In this document: in pieces, positions 36,900 through 49,412 of the stretch
Numbering within the stretch: position 1 is the first letter of the stretch
How the letters are laid out: each line of letters opens with the position of its first letter
From: Antechinus flavipes
Lineage: Eukaryota
DNA length: 64,000 nt
Reading direction: 5' to 3'
NCBI RefSeq assembly: GCF_016432865.1
Contig: NC_067400.1
Coordinates: 519,932,001-519,996,000, forward strand
The notes under the pieces: generated by a model
What the model was told of the DNA's origin: nothing
Databases searched by the model: none
The model's input: the letters and a program-made list of their open reading frames with translations, nothing else
Position numbers and translations under genes: made by a program

Positions 36900-39800
36900 T
36901 GTTATCTACCAATCCCCAAAACATTCATTTTCCTTTCTCAGTGAGACTAGTGACTAGTTCACAAACTCCCTCTTCATGCCAACTTTTGTATTCATATTAA
37001 TAGACTTCAATTTATGTATTAAGTTTCTTTCTAATACCCTAATTTCTAAATTCCTCAGTCTACTCAGTTCCCAATTCTACTCAGTCACTCCTTGATCTTG
37101 TATCACTCACATATTCAACTTCCATGATGAAGAATTCTGAAATCTGGCTCATTCAAATCTCCTGAAACATTGCCTCCTTGGCAGCTATGGACTCAGAATC
37201 AGGAAGACTAGATATGTCATCCTAAACAAATCACTTCACCCCAATCTTCTTTATATACTTTTTTCAACTGTAAAATGAGGATAATAACAGCACTCAAGAT
37301 TGTTGTGAGGATCAAATGAAGATATTTGCAAAGTGCCTGACATATATTTGTTGCTTAATAGATGTTTATTCCCTTTCCCCTCTTCATGTTCTACCCTCTC
37401 AGGCTAGGTCCTCACTTTTTTTAAATTTTTTAAAAATTTAAAAAATCGAAATCATTCTTCAAGAGTTCTTCTTTTCTTATCCCCATCTCACAGCCCCTTA
37501 ATATCAACTCCAAGAATTTCATCCTTTGTTCTGGTCTCTGGTAAAGAGGTGATTAATCTTGTCAAAGTCAACTCTTCTTTGTGTATCCTTGATCCTATCC
37601 CCTCCCAGTTTCTCCAGCATCTTGCCTACTCAATCATCTCCTCTGTCTCACTAATCTTTCATCTCTCTCTATTGAGTGCTTTCTTCCCAACTTCCTAAAC
37701 ACAAATCCAAAGCTCCCCATCTTTAAAATACCCTCACTTAATCTTACCATTCCTTTTATTTTCCTATATATCTCTTCTCTTTCTCAATCTTTTTAGTTAA
37801 AAAAAATTACATTCAATCCCTCCTGTCTCTTTTATTTTTATAATCTAGTTTTGTCTCATCAGTCAACTGAAATTGCTCTCTCCAAAGTTACCAATGATTT
37901 CTTGTCTAACTAATACAAAGACCTCTTTTTAGTTGTCTTCTTGACCTCCTTATAGCATTTGATATGGTTGATTTCTCTTTACCCCTGGATATTTCCTTTT
38001 CCGGCTTTTGATGACACTGTTTTATGCTGTCCCCTTCCTACCTGTTTGACTGGTCTTTGTATTGGCTGTCCCCTATGCCTGGAATATAGTCTCTTCTATC
38101 ATCCACTGCCCCAAAGTGGCCCCTAAGTTCACCTCAAGGCCTTTTCCATTCTCCAGAGACTTTTCTTGGATCATATCTGCCTATAATTACCGGACCTACC
38201 TCCTTTCTTGACCCTCCCAAACCATACCTTTATTTGTTGCTGGTCGCTCTGAGGTGAAAAGCTTGGGCTTCAAAGGATGCAGTATCACTGCCTGGTTGCA
38301 TGCACCTCAAGGGAGGAGCTTTTTTTTAGCCATTACTACTCCGTATGGATTCATTCTTCAGTGGTTTACATACTCCAATCCCATCATAATCCACCACTAC
38401 ACACACACACACCCATCCCTCTAGTGATTCGAAACCCCTGGATATCACTGTAAAAATCCCATTTCCAACCTCCCACTGCCTTCTCTTTTACTTCACCCTC
38501 CTCAAGGGCCATAGCCAGTTGTCTTACCATAGACTTCCAGTACTCTGAGGAGAAGGAGGCTGATGACTTTGTGCAGCCCTGCCTCCCTTAAATCCAATCC
38601 ACTTACAAGGTTCATTCTCCTTGTAAGGATGTCATTCTCCTGATGTCATTGATTCTCTTGGGAAACTAAGGATAAACAACCCCCTCTTTAACTCAACCCT
38701 ATGAGATGTTCCACTGCGTATCTCTCTTGACTCTTTAACCATGCTCTCTGGATTGTCTGTCCCATGACTAACAAACTTCCTTTCACCTTAAACCTTTTCC
38801 CTTTCTTCTGCTTCTGAGACCTGAGTTCCTCCTGATGACCCTGACACTCTGGCCACTATTTCCAATATTTTTTACTTTTCACCCATAACACCCTCTCTCC
38901 CAACTCATTGGCTAAGGAGGCAGAACAACAACATTTGTTTCTCATTTCTAATTCCTTACTCTCTCACTGTCAACATTACTTAGTTATCTCTCCTTCCTTG
39001 AGGTTCAGTCAATAGAATTTTATCACCCAATCACGAATCTGGTACATACTATCCAGAACGCTGTCATTCCTTTCTCAATGAATTCAATGCTAGACATGTC
39101 TTTATCTCTACCCCAACTATTTCCAATATACCTATAAATACTCTTTCAAACATTGTCACTTCCCAGTTCTTCAATTTACTCATTTCCCATGATCTGCCCC
39201 TCCACTTTGGTACAAAAAGAAATAGTTTTACTCTTAATTTTGCCATCATTCACCAGTGTTCTACTTCTGTGTTGATTAATTCTACAATTCCTTTATCTGG
39301 TCATAATCATCATTTTATCTTTTCTTCTGATTTATAATCCCTCATCCTGCTTTTGTCCTCACTGAGACTTCCAATTCCTTCATCCCTCAAATATTTATCA
39401 GATACTTGTAGTCCCCTACATTGTTCTTTCCCCTTTATTATCTTAAACCTTTGGTGAAGTAAGTCAAATCTACACTATACTCTCTACTGGAGTCTTTTTG
39501 CCCCTTATTCTTTTGCTAATCATGCCCTAACAAACCCCTACATTGGATTACTCACACCTTCCACAGTCCTTAATATTATTCACATGCTACTGAACAGAAC
39601 TGGAGAAAATCCCAAAATAATGCTATCTGGATCAATTACAGGTTTATGTTATGGAATCTCCACTAGATTTTCACTGCAAAAAGGCAATCCTTTTACCCTC
39701 CTTGATGGTTGCTTTATCCCATTCACCACAGTGACATTTCTAAACCTTTTCCTCATTTCTCAGATCTCCTATGTAACACTTCCCCTAATTCTCTTAGCTG

Positions 39801-40480
39801 AGAATATCACCTCATCCTTTACTAAAAAAAAATCTCTCAGAGTCTCTCTCTCCCTCTATTTGTCAAATCACATCACTCAGATGTCTTCACCCACTATATC
39901 TTCCTTCACTTCAGACTTTAATGAAGAGGTGATCCTTCTCCTTGCCAAGGCAAACAAGTGACCCCATTCTATCCCATCTTCATCAATGGATTGCTCCCTG
40001 GCTATCATCTTATATCTTCCTAACTCTTTCATGGCTAAACTTCTTGAAAAATCTGTCTTCACTCATTGCCCTCACTTCCTTTCTTTTTATTCTCTTCTAA
40101 ATTCTCTGTAGTTTGTTTTCTGACTTCATTATTCAACTCAAACTGCTCTCTCTAAAGTTACCAATGATTTAATTGCAAATCCAGTGGCCTCTTCACAACC
40201 TTCATTCTTTTTGACCTCTGACATTGTTAATCACTCTCTTCTCCTGGATACTCTCTTTTATTTAGGTTCTCATGACATTGCTTTTTCCTTGTTCTCCTAG
40301 CAGTCTGTCCAATCCTTCAGTCTGTCCAATCCTTCTCAATCTCCTTTGCTACCTCATTATATAGGTCATATCTGTTAACCATAGGTATTCCTCAAGACGT
40401 TGTCCTGGGCTTCCTTCCCTCCCCCCTTTATACTGTCTCATTTCATCTTTTCATCAATGTCCATAGGTTCAATTATAATC
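36900..40480 (+). mobile_element. Two adjacent long L2 relics with a MAR1-type tail insertion at ~38525-38680
   Basis: C/T-rich L2 ORF2 remnants: ALW...NKLPF EN start ~38740; ctctccaaagttaccaatgat (KVTND) occurs twice (~37880, ~40150). Confidence 0.75.
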
Positions 40481-41024
40481 GCAATGATTATCTAGCCCTA
40501 ACCTTTCTGCTGGATAGATGGGTATTGCAGTAGATAGAGCACTAGGGACATATATGGTAGATCAAGTCATTACCAGGTTGAGAACCACAACTAGCACCAT
40601 GCTTATAAACAATTCTTCTGATTTTACAGATAGACACTGAAGCCTAGAGGAAGGCTTAATTTACACATTAAATCTTTGACAAAACTAGACCTAAAGTCCA
40701 GGTTTCCTGACTCCCAGTTGAGAATTTTTTAAATCAACATTGCCTTTTCTTAGGACAGTACTTTGTCACAATCTAAGAGGTGAGGTTGTGTATTGCTAGC
40801 ATCTGCTCAGGAATAAGATTGACATATTCTAACTCCTAAATTAGCTTTCTCACTGAGTATAAAGATAGCAGTTTTAGGACAAATCCAAAAGAGTCATAAA
40901 ACATCAATTAATTGAATATTCTGTTCATATTCTAGTGATTTGAATATTCCTTTACTATTTTCCTTATTACTAAAAATATTAAAAGTGTTCAATTCTACTT
41001 TCCTGATTTAAAAGATAAAATCTA

Positions 41025-41181
41025 GGGGGCTAGAGCTAGGTGGTGCAGTAGATAGAGCACCATCCCTGAAGTCAAGAAGACCTGAGTTCAAATCTGGCCT
41101 CAGACATTTAACACTGTATGATCCTGGGCAAGTCACTTAACCCCAATTGCCTCAACAAAAATAATAAGAATAAGAATAGAC
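41025..41181 (+). mobile_element. tRNA-derived CORE-SINE (WSINE1/MAR1-like) with TSD
   Basis: A/B boxes (ggtggtgcagtagatagagc; gagttcaaatc), A-rich tail, TSD aaaatcta at 41017-41024 and 41182-41189. Confidence 0.85.
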
Positions 41182-42541
41182 AAAATCTAATAAACACAGT
41201 TAAATTTTTGACAGTTAAAGATTTTACAAGGTCATCATTCTACACATCAACCTGAGATAGGAAAAACCACAAGATGTGGGTTCCAGCTTCACCTCTGCCT
41301 GTAATTCTCATGAATTTAGGCAAATCACTTTGCCTTGGTTTCCTACTCTGACAGACTAAAAATCTCTGAGGTCCCTTGTAGCTCTAACATTCTATGGCCT
41401 ATATTCTATGGTCCCTTCTAACTCTGACATTATAAAGTCCTGTGAATCATACCCCCAGTTAAACTTAGGGAAAGTTTTTTGTTTGTTTGTTTTGTTGTTT
41501 TTACTAAATTCTAAGCACAATCTTGCTTTCTTGTCATGTCTCTCTCTGATAAAAGTAGAATGTCCAAAAAATCTGAGAATAACTGCTTATGTTTGCAAAA
41601 TATTCTATACTTTCCAAAGGATTCTATTACATATAGAATCATAGATTCAAATATGCTTTGATTTTTAAAATTGTAATATTCTGAAATTCTGTGAACTTAC
41701 CAGATGCTATGAGACCAACCATGAATAATTCCAAGAGTTCTTTCTTATTTAAAGATTTTTACTCCTTCAATACTTCAGAGGTCTGTGATTTCACTAGTTT
41801 GGGTTTCCCCTTCAATAACAGTTTTTCAGCCTTGTACAATTAAGGAGATTGGGAAAATTTCTGGAGTTGAAAAAACTCATCACCTCTGGCCAATATGGCA
41901 GTTAAGTCTCTTTAAAGATTTACTGTGTCACCTGGCCTATACTCAAAGCCTTTCCAGCTTGATAAGGGAGTGCCAGAGTTTGTATTGCATTGCTTTGTCT
42001 CTTTGAGCCTCTTGGATCATCCTGCTACTGGGAGAAGGCATCAGGTAAGAACATTAGATGTTCAATGACTAAGTTTGAGTTTCAGGTTCTATTATTCTAA
42101 ACTCTATATAATGCTATATAATTCTGAGATTTTATGATCCTAAGTTTGAGTCTACAACATTAGAAAAGTAACTGATTCTAAGTTTTTATTATTTTAGCAT
42201 TTTGTGATTCTAAGCTCTTTGATTCTGATCCTATATCAAGATGAAAGAACAGTTTGGATTATAGAGTATGAACTTCGTGGGGTCAGAGACAATCTCTTGT
42301 TTATCTTTTTATTCCCAATACAAAGCAAATCACATGCAAAGCACATAATAGGTCGTTAAAAACCCTTAGTAAATTTGGATGTTCTTGTGCAAAACAAAAT
42401 AAAATCCCCAAAACAAAAATCTGCATTTGTTGTCAGAGTATTTGGCTCTTGAGTTTCCCATTCAATGTGTGTTTGTTTTTAATCTGTAAATCTCTCTGAC
42501 ATGAAAGATACAGATGTTATATTTCTCATTTCCCCTTTTAG

Positions 42542-42639
42542 AGGTGTTTCACACATTCCCTGCTCTAAAGGAACTGGAGCTTTGTTTCAATGGAATTAAA
42601 ACTCTCACCATCAAGACGGGAGAATTTCGATTGTTGGAG
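42542..42639 (+). CDS. XRRA1: XRRA1 coding exon C (98 nt): (E)VFHTFPALKELELCFNGIKTLTIKTGEFRLLE, LRR
   Basis: Acceptor cccttttag, donor gtaagt; human EAFHTFPALKELDLAFNGIKTIYVKYGDFKLLE. Confidence 0.97.
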
Positions 42640-45600
42640 GTAAGTCTGGAGACAAAAGTCTCCTTAGAGAGGACACCTACTTGTCTTCTCTTGGTGGGGT
42701 TAGAGCTCCCTCCTCACAGGAGGTATTAAAACTATGCTGCTTTGGTAACTTTTTGTTATTGAGTTAGTACCTTGAATTCTGTGAGCACTGCTCCATCTCT
42801 CAACTACTCTTGGAGGCTGGAGCCGTGCCTCATCTGCCTATTGTCTGTGTTCTTCTGATTTCTCATTTTACTCCTCAGAGGTTCATTTTTCTTCTCTGAA
42901 AAATGGATGTAATAATAGTCAAATTCTTTCCCTCACAAGTTTGAGTGTTAGGATTTATGAAAGAACATGTGGGAAGTATGTAGCCACACAATGCTATATA
43001 AATTGTGAACTTTGATAATGATGCAAAAATAATAAATACATTTTCCAGATGATGAAAGATTGGATGTGGGAGACAATAACTACCAGAATCAAAAGTTCAG
43101 AGTCTGAAATGGAGATCAGGAAAGGTCTTTATTCTTTCTCATGAGAAAGGACACAGCTCTCTTTGCTTGGGCAATGGCAGCCAGGTAGTGCAGGGTATAG
43201 AAGCTCCCAGACTTCCTTTATCCTAATCCTAATCCCACCTCTCATTATATAGCCAATCCCTGCCCCCAAGGAGCTCTGCTCTTCCATTCTTTGGAGGGAA
43301 ATAACCTCCATCTTTGATGGTTATTTGATGTCCTTGTGAGTTTCATTTCATTTAAGTTTCATTTCTCCAATTTATTTTTCATAACTGGAAACTAAATAAA
43401 TGCTCATCCATTTCTCACATGTGTTTATGCACAAAACCTTTAGTTCCTTTCATAATTTTCAATGTGAGCCCTTTCAAAATATATTCAATATGTTACACAT
43501 GACTTAGCACCCCATGCTTATGTGTACTTAATTCACAGTAGGAAGCACACCCTTACTCCTTCATACACATCCCAATCAATCTCTCTTTGGCTCCCTTTAC
43601 CTTTACCCAGAATTTGCTCTAGGAAATTTCATAATAGAGTTCAACTATACCTCTTTTCTATTTCTCCATGGATATGAGCAAAAAGATTCCCAGCTACCAT
43701 ATAAGATCTCAAGGAATAATGCATATATTAGGCATAGATCAGCTTTTCTTTCATACTGTGGAAAATGCTTATAGGATGTACAGATGCTCCTAAATAATAT
43801 CATTCTCCTTACTTTCAAGTCAGTCCAGGTGGATAGCATTTGAGATCTCTAGACAGGCAATTCCCTTCCCATCACACCAAAAAAATATCACAGCCACAGC
43901 AGAGGACAAAGTCCATCCCTGTCATAGCTTAGACTCCCCTGATGCTTCCTCTATCTGAGGGACTCTTCAAGAGGCTGGCAGAACTCAGCAGCTCTGCTCT
44001 CCAAAAGCAAGCATATATCCTCAAGTCAGCAGACTTAAGATCTCTGGAAACAACCTCAAGCCTGGTGCTGCCCTGAGTCTTTCCTTCCCTCTCTGAGAAG
44101 CTGGAATTCTAGACCCCCCTGCCCTCTTAATCACCTTTCCCCATGGCTTCTTTCTCAGGCTGAGATCCCAACCCTGATTCCAGGCACTGGGAACAGGGAC
44201 TGTCTTCTAGGGTCAGCCAAAAATTCATGAAACTTTCAGGCACCTCTGCCCCAAGGCAAGCTATTCATGTCTTGAAGTGGAGGTTTCATCACCACTGGGA
44301 GCCTTATCTACAATTAGCTCTAGTGTCCTTCAGACTGTCCTTAGAAAAAATGAAACAATTACAAGGGTCAAGTCTACAAGGGAGGCTCCTGTTCTTCCCA
44401 CACCAGCCCCTGCTATAACCAAATCACCTCCACCAGGAATTAACAATAGTCAAATAGACAAGTTCTCACCCTTCACAGAGAGGCTCAAGCTAAATCCCAG
44501 ACAAAGATTTACTTCCCTATGAGCTCACCGAATTGATTAGGAAACAGCTTCTTATTTTTTACTTTCTTAAACAGAGAACACAGAGTATAATTTAAATTAG
44601 CTTTTGTTGATGATTGTAAGCATCTGTGATATATTTGGAATATTAGAATTTACTTGGATACCTTCAAGCATGTGAAAGGTGGGGAAATTATTTTCTCCCC
44701 ACAACAAATGGCACCAGACTGCTGGGAAATGTAAGTTTTTAAGAGGCATCTGGGGCAGCTAGGTGGTGAGGGTCTACAGCTTTGGGTCTGAAGACAGAAA
44801 GGATTCCTTGAGTTCAAATGTGACCTCAGATACTTACTAGCTGTATGACACTGGGCAAGTCACTTAACCCTGTTAGCCTCAATTTCCTCATCTATAAAAT
44901 GAAAACCACAAAGGGGGTCACAAAAAAATTGGCCATGACTGAACAAGAATTAGCGAACAGTGATAAGAACCATCTTACCACTTTTACTAGCTATTAGGTG
45001 TTGAGCCAATCACTTTCTGAACCTCACCTCTAAAATGGGAATCATCATACCAGACCTACTTCCCTCACAGAGTTGTTGTGAAGAAAGCTTTTTTGCAAAC
45101 CTCCAAGTGCTGTAGAAATTAAAAGCTTTTTATTACTGAGACTGCTTTGTCCCATTTCCATCTTGTCCCTTGCTCTTCAGAACAGCTGAAAGCTGGCACA
45201 GTTCACCACTGTCACAATGTCCCAGGCTCCAGCAAGTACTCTTCTTCCAAATAATTCATCTCCTCTCTTCCACCAGGAGCTAGGAATTTAGAGCAACAGC
45301 TTTATAGAATTTTGTGAGAAAACAATAAGCTTTGAGTGAAAGCCATTAATAAAGTCCAAGAGTATTCATTCATTCAATACATTATTCAATTTATGTATTC
45401 TTTAATTTCATTTATTTTGTTTCCATCTAGTTTCTCAAAATCATAACAATAATTTGCATATTACTTTTCTGTAAAGTGGGAATAATAGTATCTATACTAT
45501 CTATCTTGTGGGATAGTGTTTTGTAAACAATGAAGCCCTATATAAATATGACCACATATTATTACTTATGAAGATCCTTCTACTTCATAAAGTTCACTTT

Positions 45601-45773
45601 GTTCACATCATCCCCTTGAGGTACTTAGAGCTGGAAGGGATTTTATAGATGATTGTGTCTATCATACTCATCTTCTTCAGAAAGGCAAATAGAAGCATAG
45701 AATTGTTGAACCACTTGACCAAGATTTACCTAGCAATTCTTTGACAGAACTCAAGCTAACTACCAGAAGTCTT

Positions 45774-46634
45774 TTTTTTCCTTTTTTTTAATTATAACTT
45801 TTTATTGACAAAACATGTGCATGGGTAATTTTTCAATATTGACGTTCTTTTTCCCTCTTTCCCTCCATCCCCTCCCTTAGATGGCAAGTAGTCTCATACA
45901 TGTTAAATATGTTAAAGTATATGTTAAATACTATATCTATATCTATATCTATCTATCTATATATATATATATAAAATACATATTTATGCAGTTGTCTTGC
46001 TACACAAGAAAAATCGGATTTAGAAAGAAGGTAAAAATAACCTGGGAAGAAAAAACAAAAATGCAAGCAAACAATAACACAAAGAGTATAAATGCTATGT
46101 TGTGGTCCATATTCATTTCCCAGAGTTTTTTCACTGGTTCTATTCATTACTGATCAATTGGAACTGAATTGGATCCTCTCATTGCCAAAGAGGGCCACTT
46201 CCATCAGAATTGATCCTCTTACAGTATTGTTGTTGAAGTGTATAATGATCTCCTGGTCCTGCTCATTTCACTCAGCATCAGTTTGTATAAGTCTCTCCAA
46301 GCCTTTCTGTATTCATCCTGCTGGTCATTTCTTACAGAATAATAATATTCTATAATATTCATATACCATAACTTATTTAGCCATTCTCCAGTTGATGGGC
46401 ATCCACTCAGTTTGCAGTTTCTGGCCACTACAAACAGGGCCGCCACAAACATTCTTGCACATACAGGTCCCTTTCCCTTCTTTAGTATCCCTTTGGGGTA
46501 TAAGCCCAGTAGAAACACTGCTGGGTCAAAGGATATGCACAGTTTGACAACTTTTTGAGCATAGTTCCAAATTGCTCTCCAGAATGACATTAGTCACTAT
46601 CTTTTCCTGTCATCTTAGCCAGTCTGACAGGTGT
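45774..46634 (-). mobile_element. 5'-truncated L1 with 16-bp TSD
   Basis: TSD aacta(c/t)cagaagtctt at 45758-45773 and 46635-46650; ORF2 C-terminus (CPSTGEWLNKLWY) and 3'UTR. Confidence 0.92.
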
Positions 46635-47045
46635 AACTATCAGAAGTCTTGACCCCAAGTGGAAGATTGCATTAGATTTCAAGCTAGGACTGAGACCACT
46701 TTTCTTCTACCATACTGCCTCTTTTAGCAATATTCCAGATTGACGAGATTGCCTACTTGCCTCACGGAGCAATTCCATCAATATGATCCTATGGTCATAA
46801 AATTCAGAGCTAAAAGAGATCTTGAGATCTTCTAATTCATCATCTTTATTATACAAATGGGAAAACTTAAATCCAGAAAAATTAAGTAACTTTTCCAAAG
46901 TCATGCAAGTAATAAGAAACAGAGCTAGGGCAAGTAGAAAAGAAAAATGAAAGGAAGGGAAGAAACAAGCATTCCTTACCTGTATGTGCCAGATGACATA
47001 GTGTTTTAAGAGACCAAGTGATGTGATTTAGGAAAGATTGATGCA

Positions 47046-47613
47046 GGCACCAAATGTTGGTGTTGGTCATGTGAAGAGTTCCCAATGGCCATTCTCTTTG
47101 ACTAAAGGTAGTTTTATTTAGGAGAAGAGGTTACAGACAAAATGAAGAAATACAATAGATACCAGGAAGGGTAAATATGAAAAGGATTTGGGAGAGCATA
47201 TAGTTAGTAAGGAAAGTGGTTTTAATAATTAACAATGAAATACAAGTTTCCTAGTGGAACTCACAATTAACTAGCAGAAAAGGGCATATACCATGAGGTG
47301 GGAGTATACCCTTAACTAGCAGGCTAAATACATAAAGGGGTTTAGCAGCCTAAAAGAGTTAGTTAGCTATAAAGAAAAAGACACCATAAGCCATGGCGGA
47401 GAATGAGAGGAGAGACTCCATGAAGCATAGTGGGGGAATCAGAGGAGAGACATTATGTGGCTTGGGTGGGAGGAGGAAGACACGATAAGGCAGAGTGCCA
47501 TGATGGGCTATACCCCAAGAGGGATTCAGCAAATATGGTATGAGCCACAGACAAATTTATAGGGGAAATTTAATCTCAGGGATTTGACAAAACTTGGATT
47601 TCTTGGTTGGACA
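47046..47613 (-). mobile_element. ERV LTR (47055-47613) plus primer-binding-site stub
   Basis: On the - strand: TGT...ACA, AATAAA ~58 nt from the end, followed by TTTGGTGCC. Confidence 0.65.
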
Positions 47614-48176
47614 CAGCAGGATGGGGCCATAAGGTTAAACTGATTCTCATTAGTGCCCTTCCTTCCTGCTTGCTTCAGGGAGCAATTCCATCAATATTTC
47701 ATTCTTTCCCTGCCAACCACACCCAATTACTTAGGACCTCATCACCAGGCACTGTACTAAATGAACACTTTACAAGTATCATCCCATTTGATCCTCACAG
47801 CAATCCTACTATTATTATCTCCATTCTATAGTTGAGGAAACTTGAGACAAACAGGAGATCATATAATTGTGTCTAAGGCTGTATTTGAACTCAGGTCTTC
47901 CTTACCTCAGACCTACTGCTCTATGCACTGTACCATCCAGTTGCCTAATATAAGTGAGTCATTACTATGTACAAGTAGGATACTGCTGTACTTCCCACAT
48001 CCCTCAACCTTTTTGAATGGAGCATTGCAATTAATGGAATTTCTACCCTTCCCTCTCACTCTTTGCCTCCTCAAATTTTTCCCTCACTTTGTGTGGCTAT
48101 TTCCTTTGCCTCCATCATTCTCCTTCATATGATGCCTTTTGAATACATGTCTTTCCTTTTAATAAATTATAAGCCC

Positions 48177-48843
48177 TATACCCCAAAGAGATACTAAAGA
48201 AGGGAAAGGGACCTGTATGTGCCAAAATGTTTGTGGCAGCCCTGTTTGTAGTGGCTAGAAACTGGAAATGAATGGATGCCCATCAATTGGAGAATGGTTG
48301 GGTAAATTGTGGTATATGAATGTTATGGAATATTATTGTTCTGTAAGAAATGACCAGCAGGATGAATACAGAGAGGCTTGGAGAGACTTACATGAACTGA
48401 TGCTGAGTGAAATGAGCAGAACCAGGAGGTCATTATATACCTCAACAATGATACTGTATGAAGTTGTATTCTGATGGAAGTGGATCTCTTCGATAAAGAG
48501 ATCTAACTCAGTTCCAATTGATCAATGATGGACAGAAGTAGCTACACCCAGAGAAAGAACACTGGGAAATGAATATAAACTGCTGGCATTTTTGTTTTTC
48601 TTCCCGGGTTATTTTTATCTTCTGAATCCAATTCTCTCTGTGCAACAAGAGAACTGTTCGGTTCTGCACACATATATTGTATCTAGGATATACTGTAACC
48701 TATTCAACATGTAAAGGATTGCTTGCCATCTGGGGGAGGGGGTGGAGGGAGGGAGGGGAAAAATCGGAACAGAAGTGAGTACAAGGGATAATGCTGTAAA
48801 AAATTACCCTGGCATGGGTTCTGTCAATAAAAAGTTTTAAAAA
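48177..48843 (+). mobile_element. 5'-truncated L1 with 13-bp TSD
   Basis: TSD aaattataagccc at 48164-48176 and 48844-48856; ORF2 C-terminus CPSIGEWLGKLWY, AATAAA and A-tail. Confidence 0.93.
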
Positions 48844-49045
48844 AAATTATAAGCCCCATTGAGGGCTGGTATTGAGTCATTTAAATGAAAAAAAAAATCC
48901 CCACCTTAGCACAATAGTAGATATTTAATAAATGTTTGTTGGCTTAAATTGAAAAAAATTATGGGAAAGTGTGAGATGGGGAAGGGGGAGGGCTGATGAC
49001 AATTCCTACCAGTAGTCCATCTCAGTCCACACTCAACTGTGGCAA

Positions 49046-49412
49046 GATGGGGAAACTAAGGCCCAAAGGGATGGAATAACCTGTTTTGAGATATCATAGC
49101 TTATAAGACCAGCATTAAGCTCAAGTACCCTACTTTATGTTCAAGGTTCTATTCACTGTTCTACGTTGACATTGGCATTAGAAAGATAGAAGCAAACTTC
49201 TGAGAGCCACTGGAGAAAGTCCATTGCTGGCATGGCGGTTAATGGGAGTTTTTCAGATGAAAATGGCCCTTAAATTGGCTAGGAATTTAGAAAGTAATGA
49301 AGATGTTCTTGTCAAATTTGGGTTTTGAAGGATAGGTACTATTCCTAGAAGCAGAGATAGATTAGCTGGTATAGAAGGGTAGGGATGAGGATGGGTGGTG
49401 AGGAGGACATCC
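49046..49412 (+). repeat. Old local duplication, copy 1
   Basis: Colinear with 52233-52603, roughly 80% identity by eye, sharing the MIR/unique/L2 junctions. Confidence 0.85.

Noticed and set aside
42640-42729. Read-through extension of exon C in ORF 42514-42729
   Set aside because: Strong gtaagt donor; a 30-codon open run is unremarkable
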